The position numbers and the translations under genes are program-made. Below, in pieces: positions 10,131 through 22,399 of a stretch of DNA of 64,000 bases (the first letter of the stretch is position 1; the number at the start of each line of letters is the position of its first letter). Under the pieces are notes generated by a model. It saw only the letters and a list, made by a program, of their open reading frames with translations. It had not been told where the DNA came from and did not search any database. Source of the DNA: Azolla caroliniana (Eukaryota; Plantae; Polypodiophyta); contig JBHGNT010000001.1 of the NCBI GenBank assembly GCA_043228905.1, positions 34,472,001-34,536,000 of the forward strand. The letters are read 5' to 3'.

Positions 10131-12736
10131 CCCTCCCTTAGACCACTTACATATGGCCTCGTTGTGCAAGTCTTGCTCAATACTGGAGTGAGGTTTGCTC
10201 TAAACCAAGGACTCACTATAGAAAGTGAATAACTAAATGACAATAGCTTCATGTTGCTAGACCACTTACAATGGGTGAACAAAAATGCTTAAGCACATAG
10301 ATTCAAGACAGACGGAAAGAGAAGATATATTACAAACTTTACACTCTTTGATTATGAGGGTGATAATAATTATATATTAACATTACAATTGTGTGCTCTT
10401 GGGGTAGATTCTATATGGTACATGGCTAGCCATTATCCCATTGTTTAACTTTAATTACTTATTCATTGGTTGTTTTGATCACCGGATGCTAACACCCTAA
10501 ATTATTAACCGTACAATATCTTGAAGTGTGTTTGCTTTACCTATTTTATATACTATTGTTATACTCGTCAAACGACTAACCTCGTGAATTAATTACATAA
10601 CCCACACAAGAAAACTTCTCGATGGAAACCTTTCATGACCTTGTTAATAGTCTCCAAGAAAATGTCATGCCACATGACCTTTTTGGTAGGTCATGTGAGT
10701 ATGGCCAACATCACATTATAATTATTAACCCATATTATACTAAAAGATATAAATGTGAATTAATATACAAATACCCTAGAAGAAGATAAAATACACCATC
10801 GACATATAAATATTGAATTGAATGGAAAGTATTACTACTTTGAAAGAGTTAAGGAGGGTGCATGATATTAGTCACGTTGTTGTGATGGATTCCGGCTACG
10901 AGGAGAAAAGGGTTGGATTCGCATGAACGGGGGTGTGCGGGGATGCACACGGAAATGTACAAGCACATGTAGATAACATAGGACCAATAAGTACTAGGTA
11001 GTAGGTTTAATGGGTACTTTAAGTCCCACACGCATAGAGAATAAGAATAATATCAGATGGAGTAAATCGAGGGAAATCTCTACCCGAAACGGATGGCTTT
11101 GTGGTGATGTAACGACCTCCCCTTGCTCTATAAAAGGGGAGGTTTGAGACTCTTTGAGGTATCGAGGTTTTGGAGGACGATGTGTTGTCAGTTTGAGTGC
11201 CAAGCTCTCTCTCTCTCTCCTCTATGTGTGTCGTGTGCTGTACTTATTCGAGGAAGAAGTTGAAGCCTTTACTCATGCTGGAAGCCGTGTGCTCTCGACT
11301 AGAGGTTCATCGTTCTGTTCTGTGTGGGTGTGTGCAGCTTGCAGCTTTGTTGCCGACTGAGTCCTGTTGTAATCTCTCCTTCTCTGATAATCATTAGTAT
11401 TTTGCCGAGTCTTCCTTGTGTACGGGCATTTCCATGTTGTTCCTTCTTGCTTCTATTGTGTGCATGTTCGTGTCTGCATGCCCGTGGGCTTATCATTATT
11501 GTCCGGCATCCTGCCTGGAATAGTTTGCTCCTTCTGTCCAGTGCGCTAACCGACCGGTATATGAGAATCGTTCCGGATCAGGTCCGCGTTCGGTGGCCGA
11601 TCTGGCGAAGCCATTTGGACTCCGACTTGGTCCTGTCGAATACATGTGTATAATGGACGTATTCACACTATCCCGTTTTGGCCATTTATGTAATTAGCAT
11701 AAAGGGTAGTTGCCCTAAGTCGGTCACTATATATAGTGACCTTGTAACCTTTTTGTAATGTTGGGTGTTGTATTATTGCTTTATGGAATAAGGAGTCTTT
11801 TGTGCCTCTCTGTCTCTCTCTCTCTCTGTGCAACGACCTACAAACTGTCATACGCAGGTATTCAGAATACAATCAAATGCTACTTGATCTTCCGCACAGA
11901 CGACCTTGTCTCCAACATCTGGTATCAGAGCCTGCACAGTAGTCGGTCCTTCAATCCACTGTCGGCCGTCGTCTCAGCATTCGGTTTCCTGCGTCATTCG
12001 AAGAAGAGAGAAGAAGAAGGAAAAAAAAAACGAGGCCTGCATCTCATCGCGTTAGATCATCTTTGCTTGGAGTAAGCCAGCAGGTTGTACTCCGTTCCTT
12101 GTGATCGTAACCGCTCGAGGTGAAATCCCCTTGTACAACCTTGACACGATCGTGCTCCATTCGGTTAAACGGCATCCGAAGAGGTCATCAAACGCTGCTC
12201 GCTGCTCATTGTAACCACTCGGTGCAGATCGGTCTCAAGACAACAACCCCAATTCGTGCTTCATCCGGCTGATCGACATTCGAGAGGATCAGTTGGATCC
12301 ATCTCTCTCGTCGCTGCAGTCACCCGAAGCCGAATCGGTCCAGATAATCGGTTTCAATAATCGGTATTCGGCATATATATCCGAAGCGAACCGGGCTCAC
12401 TCCGACTCGGCAACATTCGGGAAGACCAGTCGGTTCTGTCCCTCAAGCTACCGGAGTCAATTCGAGCAAGTTCCGAAGCCGAACCGACTCGGGTTCAAAT
12501 CCGACTAGAACGATATCGGGTGAGCCAACCGGCTGCACTCCAACAAGGTTCGTAGTCAACTCCGAACCGAGCTTCGTCAACCAAAACCGAATTTGATGGC
12601 ATCAACATCCGGCTCGTCAGAAATGAGTCTACGAAAGTTCGATGGATCGAACTTCAACTTCTGGAAGGAACAAATGCAGGACTATCTCATAGTCAAGGGG
12701 CAAATCGATCCCATCGAAAATGAAGAACCTCCAGAA

Positions 12737-15700
12737 AACACCGGGTCATTTGAAACAGGTAATATGTCGCATTCTCTTTTTCATATCTTAGTGAGATGTT
12801 AAAAAATGCCTTATTTAAGCAGAATTTCAACAAGGCACAACGCATGTGTATGTGGTTTATGAAAACATAGCGAAAAAAAGAACTAACTAATATCACGTCA
12901 ACAAAATCATCCGACGTATATTCTATCTACCATGTTTTTGTCCAAATCTTAGACAGGGGTGTATTTGTCAACACAAGTATAATAGTAACACGGGTCCTTG
13001 TGCATATTCTAAAAAGCATGCCCCATTGAATAAGTGACTTCTTCTAATTATGTGTGTATATTTAAATATAATACATCTTAAAGCAAATTGTGAACCTTGC
13101 AATTAAGAGATACTACTATGTCAAGAGAAAATTTCCATTGACACGTGATACATGACACTGTCAATGTATAAATAAACTAGTCTACAATAACATTCCAATC
13201 ATACGAGTAAATGATAGAGTATAAACTTATCTCCGATATACCCCAAATGATAAAGGAGAGTTTAGATAACATGTACACATACAAGTATACTTAATTTCCA
13301 AGTTCAATGGTTGTTACACGAAAATTATAAGTAAGCTCAACTTATATATTACGTCAAAATTTAACAATTCATATTGTTCAAAATTTACAATAAGCCATAA
13401 CCATTCAATCGAATAATAAGTCTGGTAAAGCCGTCTACTCAGGATTAGCTCTTTCATCAGGATTGTCCTCATTGGCTTCGTCAGTACGCTAAGTTGAATT
13501 GTTAGTATGTTTAGACTCTGAAACGTCTTCTAATTCAACAAGTTGCCGTGCGTCTTCATCTATAGTTCCACAAGTTTTCTAAAAGTCATCTGGAACATCT
13601 AAGTTTTATTGATATGCTTTGCCCCAACTTCTTGGTCTTGATCAGGACAACCCCAGATACCTTGGATCCTCATTTTGATGACATTAACTTGCTCAAGGTC
13701 CTTCTCTAATGCAACAGAGTTCTTGATAATCTTTAAGGCGTATGTTTTAATAGTACATGACAGTAGAATGAAATTGCACAGGTAACATCAAACTGAAGAA
13801 TAGAATATAACGTTAATCTAAATTGATGTAAGTTTTATATTATATACTTGTGTCAGAAAACTAATCTAAAACCCATTGAAAATTTGAAACAATAAAATTT
13901 GAAAAAATAAAAAATCTTGGATTTTTAATTGGAATGCAATGCGATGCACTAGATTTCAGTTGAAAATCCAAGTTTTTTTTTTTTGTTGTAATTTTTTAAA
14001 TTTTTTCCATTAAAAAATAAAAAATGGATTTTCAGCTAAAATACTATGCACTACATTATATTTTAGTATATATAGCTAGAATCTAATGCAATGCGTTGGA
14101 TTAAAGTCGAAAATCCATTTTTCTTTTTTCTTTTTCCAATGTTATTTATTTATTTATTTTCCATATAAAAAAATAATAAACGGCTTTTCAACTGAAATCC
14201 GATACACTACATCAGATCGTAGTCTATACAGCTAGACATTGATGCATTGCATCAGATTTTAGCTGGCAATCCTCTTTCTTTTCAATTGTTTTTCATTTTT
14301 TCAAAAAATAAATAAAAATATATTAAAAAAGTGGATTTCCAACTGAAATCTAATGCACTACATCGAATTTCAATTAAAAATCCAAATTTCTTTTAGGTTT
14401 TTCATAAAACAATGAGATAATAAAAAAATATTACATTTTCAACAAAATCTGAACCATTGAGTCGGATTTCAATTGCAAATTAATGTTTTATGAAAAAACA
14501 TAAGAAAAATATTGGACTTTCAATGGAAATCCGATGCACTGCATCGGATTTCTGTTGAAACTCAGTGATTTTGAACGGAAATCCGATGCAGTGCATCGGA
14601 TTTCCATTGAAAATCCTGTTGAAAATAATGTGTTTTCAACGGGAATCCGATGCACTGCATCGGATTCCCGTTGAAAACACATCATTTTAAATGGAAAAAA
14701 TTACAATTTGTTTATTTTTAACACTTTTTTAGAGAAAAATATAAACAAATAAGAAAATTTGTAAACAAACAAAAAAAAGTGGACTTTCAATGGAAATCCG
14801 ATGTAGTGCATCGGATTTCCGTTGAAAATACATTTTTTTCAATTCCTATATATTTATTTATGATAAAAACAAAAACAATTCAAAACAAATACAAAAACAA
14901 ATTCAAAATATCTGAAAAATTGGAAACAAATAAGACAAAATGGATTTTCAATAGAAATCCGATGTAGTGCATCAGATTTCTGTTGAAAACCCATTTTTTG
15001 CAATTTTTATTTATTTATTTATGGGAAAAAATGAAAAATAATTTAAAAAATACAAAAAAATATTTTAAAATATGAAAATTTGGTAACAAATAGCAAAAAG
15101 TGGACTTTCAATAGAAATCCGATGCATTGCATCGGATTTCCTTTGAAAATTCATTTTTTTCAATTTCTATATAGTTATTTATGAGAAAATAGACAAACAA
15201 AATACCAAAAAAATTCTAAAAACTATGAAAATTTGGATTGAAAATCTATTTTTTCAATATTTATTTATTTTTTATAGAAAAATTCAAAAAAATTCAAAAC
15301 AAAATAAAATAAAATTTGGAAAAAAATACATAAAAGTGGACTTTCAACCACAATCCGATGCAGTGCATCGGATTTCCGTTGAAAAACCATTTTTCCAATT
15401 TTTATTTATTTTTTTATGGGAAAAATTCAAAAAAATTCAAAAAAATTCAAAAAAAAAAAGAAAATTTGGAAAAAAATACGTAAAAGTTGACTTTCAACCA
15501 AAATCCGATGCAATGCATCGGATTTCCGTTGAAAATCCATTTTTTCAATTTTTATTTATTTTTTTATGGGAAAAATAAAAACAAATTCAAACACAATTCG
15601 AAAAATAAGAAAATTTTCAAAAAAATAAGAGAAATTGGATTTTCAATTGAATCCAATGCACGGAATTGGATTTCCATTGAAATCTAAATTTTCAATTTTT

Positions 15701-16767
15701 ATTTATTTATTTACGAGTAAAATAAAAAATGTTTATTTATTTATTTATGGGAAAATGTTTTATTTTTTCAATTTGTATTTATTTATGTATTTTCGGGAAA
15801 TCCATGCAGTGTATCATATTTTAGTCTATGTAGCTAGAATTCAATGCAATGCATTAAAATGCAACAATATTTTTTTAATGGAAATTTTTAAAAAAATTCC
15901 AAGACTTATAGGAATCTGATGCATTATATCCAATTCTAGATGTATAGAGTAAAATTCGACATGTTGCGTCAAATCTAGATAGAATGAATCGGATTTCTGT
16001 ACGACATCAAAGGCTTACTATGAGAATCTAAGAAAAATGGAAAACATCTTTAAGACATTTTTTAGATTCTAATGATTTTGGTAGAAAGCTTCTCTCACAT
16101 AATCTAATCTTGTAAATGGAAAGTAAATAATGAAATATCATAACCAAAAAGTGAGGAGGAAAGATGCATCAAGCACATCTACTCTTACATTGGATAATGT
16201 TTATATATTAGTGTATGACTTATCTTTGACCAAAACAAGTTATCTGTGACAGACCACAATGAAGATACTAAAAGAGGATCTGGAATGTGGCTTCAGACAC
16301 AACACAAAGACAAACAAGAAGCATGACTCATAAACTCGATGAGGTTGGATTGCAATTGGATCAACACAATGCATTAGTTGCCATTGATGATGAGGATGAA
16401 ACCTCATAAACTCGTACTAGTTCATCTAATGGGTATGAAGATGATGACATAAACTTGAAAAATGATTGTCCTGATACGTTAACTATAAATATTGTATTGC
16501 ACATCAAGATTTGGATTCAGAATTTCTATAAATATTGGGGTTAGTCATTTTGGACATTCATTTGTAAGTTTGGCATGTCCATTATTTAGGCATTTTTTTG
16601 AACACCTAAATTTCCGTACATGTTAAAAATCAATATATTTTTGGGTCATTTTTAAAATTTCTTTACGCATGCGGCACCCCTTTTTGTGAATCACCCTAAT
16701 TTGAGTCATTTTTTGATGGACAGTTCTCAAAATGTGACATATTACCTGTTTCAAATGTCCTGGTGTT
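12737..16767. mobile_element. Unclassified non-autonomous TIR DNA transposon, 4031 bp
   Basis: 37-bp TIRs (12737-12773 AACACCGGGTCATTTGAAACAGGTAATATGTCGCATT; 16731-16767; 3 mismatches); TSD AGAA (12733-12736, 16768-16771). Removing it restores the gag frame EPPEGYKP. Confidence 0.92.
13918..15980. repeat. Array of ~20 palindromic ~50-bp motifs separated by A/T-run spacers
   Basis: Consensus GGAYTTTCAAnnGAAATCCGATGCAnTGCATCGGATTTCnnTTGAAAA. The copy at 14628-14682 has perfect 27-bp arms and a 1-nt centre. Confidence 0.93.
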
Positions 16768-19700
16768 AGAAGGATACAAACCAATTGAGTGGCAGAAGCT
16801 GGACAGAATTGTCCGCGCCACGATCCGGATGCACCTATCGGAATCGGTATACTTTACGGTGCAATCGTGTACGACAGCATTCGAACTGTGGAAAACACTG
16901 TCGGACACTTACGAAAAGAAGGTCGCCGCAACGAAGATGTTCTGATCCGGCGCCTCTACAACTTGCGGATGAAAGAATCCGATTCGGTTCAAGCACACCT
17001 CAATGAGTACGAAAGCATAAGCTCCCAAATCTCGTCACAGGGGACGGCAATCGAGGATGAACTCAGAGCAATGATACTCATGAGCAGCCTTCCCTCATCA
17101 TGGGAAACTTTCGTCACAACCGTGTGCAACGCGTCAACCACGGCTGTTAAATACTCCGAAGTCACGAGCGCAATCCTGACCGAAGCAGCTCGGAGAAAGT
17201 CTTTCGCCAAAGACTCAACAGACGACGCTTACGTAGTACAAGGTTCGACAGACCGATCGAACATACGAGGAAGAGATTCCTCACGGCCGCCGAACAATCA
17301 GCGAAGACGGAGCCAGTCACGGGATAACCGAATCTGCAACTATTGCAAGAAACCCGGACACATCAAAGCCGACTGCCGCGCACTCAAGAACAAGAACAAC
17401 AAGAAGAGTGGCCGGCATGAGGAGATCAATTACGTCAGCTTCTCAGCTGATGTACTACCGGACGACCCGAATATACTATCAATCGAAAATCCAGTCGGAT
17501 CAGAAGTTCTACTCACGACTGAAGAATCGAGCACATGGCTCTTAGATTCGGGCGCGTCATTTCACGTGACTCCTCATCGATCCCAATTTCGGCAATATAC
17601 GATCCGTCACTCCGACTCAGTTCGAGTCGGCAACTCACAACACTGTGACATCATCGGAATCGGCACAGTAGAGCTCAACCTTGCAGGTGGCTCTACACTT
17701 GTACTCCACAATGTCCGACATGTACCCGAGCTCTCAAGGCCATTGATCTCAGTCGGACAACTAGATGAAGACGGCATTCGTGCCGGTTTTTCTTCGGGAG
17801 GGTGGACACTCCACAGGGGGAACCTCCTGCTTGCTAGAGGACCCAAGATACACTCCCTGTATCCGTTACATGTTACGCTCAGAGAGGGTAACCTGTTTTT
17901 GGTGGATATTCCTGTGTCATCACTATGGCACCGAAGATTAGGACACCTCAGCAAGGCCGGCATCACGCACCTATCTAGAGCCGGATACATCCCCAAACTC
18001 TCCTTCTCGGACCATCAATTCTGCGAGCATTGCCAGTATGGCAAACAAGCAGCCGCATCACACCCGACATCAGCACCAAGAGAAACGAGACCTCTCGATT
18101 TGGTCCACTCGGACGTCTGTGGCCCAATGCCGCATCAGTCTCTCGGCGGTGCCTCTTACTTCGTCACTTTTATTGACGATTCGACTCGAAAGGTGTGGGC
18201 TTATCCAATTCGCACCAAAGATCGGGTCTTCTCGATCTTCACCGATTGGCTCGCTATGGTAGAAAATCAAACCGACCGAAAGCTGAAATGCTTTCGGACA
18301 GACAATGGGGGAGAGTTTAAATCCGAAGAATTCGTCAAATTCTGCCGACAACGCGGCATCCGACGTGAATTTACGGCACCACACAGTCCGGAGCAAAACG
18401 GGATTGCCGAACGCATGAATCGGACAATCCAAGAACGGACAGTTTCCATGCTCCAACACTCCGGACTGTCGGATGGCTTCTGGGCAGAGGCTCTACTCAC
18501 GGCAGTACACATAATCAATATGTCGCCAAGTAGACCTCTAGGACTTCAAATTCCTCAGGAACTATGGATCGGCAGTAAGCCGAATTACGACAAGCTGAGG
18601 ATCTTCGGATGCGAGGCGTACGCCCTTATTCCGAAAGATGATCGCCGAAAACTTGCACCTCGGTCCAGGAAATGCATTTTCCTTGGATATGGATCCGACG
18701 GCGAAATGGGATACCGACTCTGGGACCCCGAACGCAGACAAATCGTTCGAAGTTCGGACGTTGTGTTCAACGAGTCGGCTATGAATCCATCAGTCGAAAA
18801 ACCGATCGAAGTCCGAAGGGTAACATTTTCCGATGTGCCGACCCTTCAAGAAGGCCCCGCTCTCAACACACGGTCAGCTTCACGGGTAGCTGAACCTTAC
18901 ACTACCGACTCGGACAACCCCGACTCGGCACAGCAGAACAATTCGCTCTCGGACCATCCGACCTTGATACCCGATGCGACCAGTCCAATCTTACCTCGAC
19001 GATCCGAGAGACTGTCGCAACCTCCGGAGAGGTATTCTCCTGGAATTTTCTTCACCGACGCCGACGAACCGACGTCTTACGAAGAAGCATCGACATCTGT
19101 CGATTCAGCCACCTGGCATCTGGCGATGGAGTCGGAAATGCACTCCATTCGGGCAAACAAGACTTGGGATCTGGTTGAATTACCTAGGAACCGACGTGCT
19201 CTTCCTTGCAAGTGGGTTTATCGACTAAAAGAGACGTCTGATTCGACCACCCCAAAGTACAAGGCCAGATTAGTTGCGAAGGGCTTCCGACAAGAATATG
19301 GCGTCGACTTCGACGAGATTTTTTCACCAGTGGTGAAAATGACAACCCTCCGTTTTCTACTCGGCGTAGTGGCAGCCGACAACTTGGAGCTGATTCAGCT
19401 AGATGTCAAAACAGCATTCCTCCATGGTGATCTTGAAGAGGAAATTTATATGGAGCAGCCAAAAGGCTTCGTGGCAACTGGCCAAGAACATCTAGTCTGC
19501 CGACTCAGGAAGAGTCTATACGGCCTCAAACAGGCACCGCGACAATGGTACAAGAAGTTCGACGACTTCATCCAATCGATCGGCTTCTCAAAAAGCGATG
19601 AGGACCATTGTCTCTTTACCAACACAGCTCAAGATGGATCACCCATCTTCCTCATCATTTACGTGGACGACATGCTAATTTCTGGACGCCACGCGGGCGA

Positions 19701-22399
19701 ACTTGCCGATCTCATTCGGCAACTGCGGTTGAAGTTTGCCATGAAGGACCTCGGTCCGGCACGACACATCCTTGGCATGAAGATTAGTCGGCATCGCGAT
19801 AAACGACATCTTTTTTTGTCTCAGACCGACTATATCCGACGTGTCTTAGAACGCTTCAACATGCAATCAGCCAAATCTGCTTCAACCCCGCTCCCCATGA
19901 ATCTTCGGCTCTCTCAGCGAGACTGCCCGACATCCGGTCCGGAGGGGGAAGATATGAAGTCGGTACCGTATGCACCGGCAGTCGGCTCCCTTATGTACCT
20001 GATGGTCGCGACACGGCCTGATATTTCTCACGCCGTAGGAGTCGTTAGCAGATTTATGCACAATCCTGGCCGATCGCATTGGAACGCAGTCAAGCATGTG
20101 TTCAGATATCTGGCTGGCACAAAAGACCACGGCATTCTTTTCGGCCCGAACCGAACCTCAGGCGTAGTCGGTTACACCGACTCGGACTTCGCCGGCTGTA
20201 TAGACAGTCGGAAATCAACAACCGGATACTGCTTCAAATTCGGCAATGGAGCAATCTCGTGGAAGTCGAAACTTCAGGAGTGCACAGCGACCTCAACGAC
20301 CGAAGCAGAATATGTAGCTGCGTCCGACGCAGCAAAAGAAGCTTTGTGGCTCGGTCGGCTGGCGCACACGTTTCGACAAGTCGACCATGACTCGGCTCCA
20401 GTTGTCTACAGCGACAGTCAAGGTGCTGTTGCCTTGTCGAAAAATCCGGTTCACCACAACGCCTCCAAACATATCGACGTTCGATATCACTTCGTTCGGG
20501 ACTGCGTCATTTCAGGGAAAATCGGTCTAGAGAAAATATCCACAACCGACAATGTCGCAGATGGAATGACCAAGTGTCTTTCGGCAGACCGTTTTCGGTC
20601 TCTTCGGCATCAGATGGGCGTAACGACAAACCAGTCCGGTTAGAGCCGGACACAGAGCAGGATGGTTCCCGACAACCGACATCAGTTCCTTAATGATCGG
20701 CTTCAACTGTTCCGACCCGACCAGTTCGGTCTTCTGCCTTCGGACCCTGCCGACTCGAACAAAGCTGATATGTCCGAGAACCTAAGTCTATACCTGTAAT
20801 CTTAGATAACCCATGTATACGCCCATTACGGGGGAGTGTCGAATACATGTGTATAATGGACGTATTCACACTATCCCGTTTTGGCCATTTATGTAATTAG
20901 CATAAAGGGTAGTTGCCCTAAGTCGGTCACTATATATAGTGACCTTGTAACCTTTTTGTAATGTTGGGTGTTGTATTATTGCTTTATGGAATAAGGAGTC
21001 TTTTGTGCCTCTCTGTCTCTCTCTCTCTCTCTGTGCAACGACCTACAAACTGTCATACGCAGGTATTCAGAATACAATCAAATGCTACTTGATCTTCCGC
21101 ACAGACGACCTTGTCTCCAACAGGTCCTTCCTACTCCCACTGGCTCCTTGGTTTGAGAACCCTGTGGTTCCACTCCTTTTTGACACATCCTCACGGAATA
21201 CCGTGACATATTTGGTGAACCCGACGTGAAAGGGCGATGACTTCGTGGAGATGGTGGCCGTAGTGGTGATGGAGTTTGACGATGAGACGAGAAGCAGCAC
21301 AACAAGCAGTCAGGCGTGTGGTCGAAAGAGTCGGCCATTTCAACGGGGACAAAGTCCCATTCTACTTGGAAGCCTACAACATGGAAATGGAGGTGTGAGG
21401 CATAGACGAGGCGTTGAGGTTGGAGTCCTTCTGTCGGGTCATAACTGTCCGGATGCACGAGGAAGTAAAGGAGCTCCAAGAAGCTCATAGTTCGTGCCAA
21501 GCCTTCGAAGAGGCACTCTTGCAGGCATATGGAGGACGACCGAAAAGCCAGGGACGACGTGACTTCGACCAGTGGGTAGCATCGGCAAAGACCCATCGGG
21601 GTGCAACGAAGGCATTCCTAGAGTTTGGGTAGCATTTTGCTTGACTCAAGGAGAGGGAACAAAGATTGATGGGGGTGGACATAGTCCTATTATTCGTTAG
21701 GTCGATTGACAAAGTGGAACGAGAGGCCATTAGAATCGAGCTCGAAGATTACGACGGATTGAATGGCCTTGCCGAGGATTGGTCGGAAATTGAACGGGTA
21801 TGCCGAAAGTTAGATAAGGAGTAGTCTGCGAAAAGAAAAGGGAAGATGACATGTGACGGCATGCCATCACAACAAGGAATGGGCGCACGGTGAGACGGAG
21901 CAAGGAGGCTCGATATCGAAGCCCTTGTCCGGGAAGCATTCGAGGCTCTTAAGGTGAATGTAGAAGAGGAGGAGAGATCTGACACGGGGTTGGAGTCCGG
22001 AGACTCAGACCTAATCGGCCTTCCGAACAAGGCGAACGCGGCCCATGCGGAGGCAGTAGGACGGTACGACGGTACCACAAGAGAGGGTGTGGACCAAGTC
22101 ACCCTCTCGACTCGCGGCGAAAGACCAACCGAGGATAAGGTCAGAATCGGGAAGAAGACGGTCGCCGGTTCGGAACAGAACGAACAGTTTCAGGCACGAC
22201 TACCCAAAACTTCGGACATTGGAGAAGCAAGCCCAGGCGGGGCCTGCGCGATCGAAGAGGAGATAGCTACCGATTGCCACATTGAGGAGTCGGCCAAAAT
22301 GGACATGTCAGAGGTCGGACAAAGAGATCCCTCCACACTGATCCTGGAGACTTCGGTAGTTCGGCCAATGTGGCAATGTGAGACCGGAGAAAAGGAAGG

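Larger units (their letters stand above)
12596..20643 (+). pseudogene. gag-pol: gag-pol of copia A: interrupted by the TIR element and a 1-bp frameshift at ~16942; remainder open to 20643
   Basis: MASTSG..KFDGSNFNFWKEQMQDYL..EEPPE|GYKPIEWQKLDR; CNYCKKPGHIKADC; WLLDSGAS; integrase HHCC/DDE; RT YVDDML; RNase H TDSDFA, KHIDVRYHF. Confidence 0.93.
11634..21122 (+). mobile_element. Ty1/copia element A (Tnt1/Tork-like), full length, gag disrupted
   Basis: LTRs 11634-11917 and 20837-21122 (TG..CA; differ only by one TC unit as far as I can read); TSD GGTCC; iMet PBS tggtatcagagcc 11920; PPT gggggag 20830-20836. Confidence 0.96.

Noticed and set aside
14488-15919. Short repetitive ORFs (VDFQ..SDAVHRISVEN)
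   Set aside because: Translations of the palindrome array on both strands, broken by homopolymer runs.
13918-15980. CRISPR array (regularly spaced palindromic repeats)
   Set aside because: Eukaryotic context, no cas genes, and the spacers are low-complexity, variable in length and homologous to one another rather than unique.
12739-16765. CACTA/Chapaev assignment using inner CACC..GGTG ends
   Set aside because: With those ends the flanks (AAAA versus TTAG) give no TSD and excision would not restore the gag frame.
16789-16942. N-terminus of the 1284-aa ORF as a real start
   Set aside because: It is an out-of-frame read of gag upstream of the ~16942 frameshift; the true start is ATG 12596.
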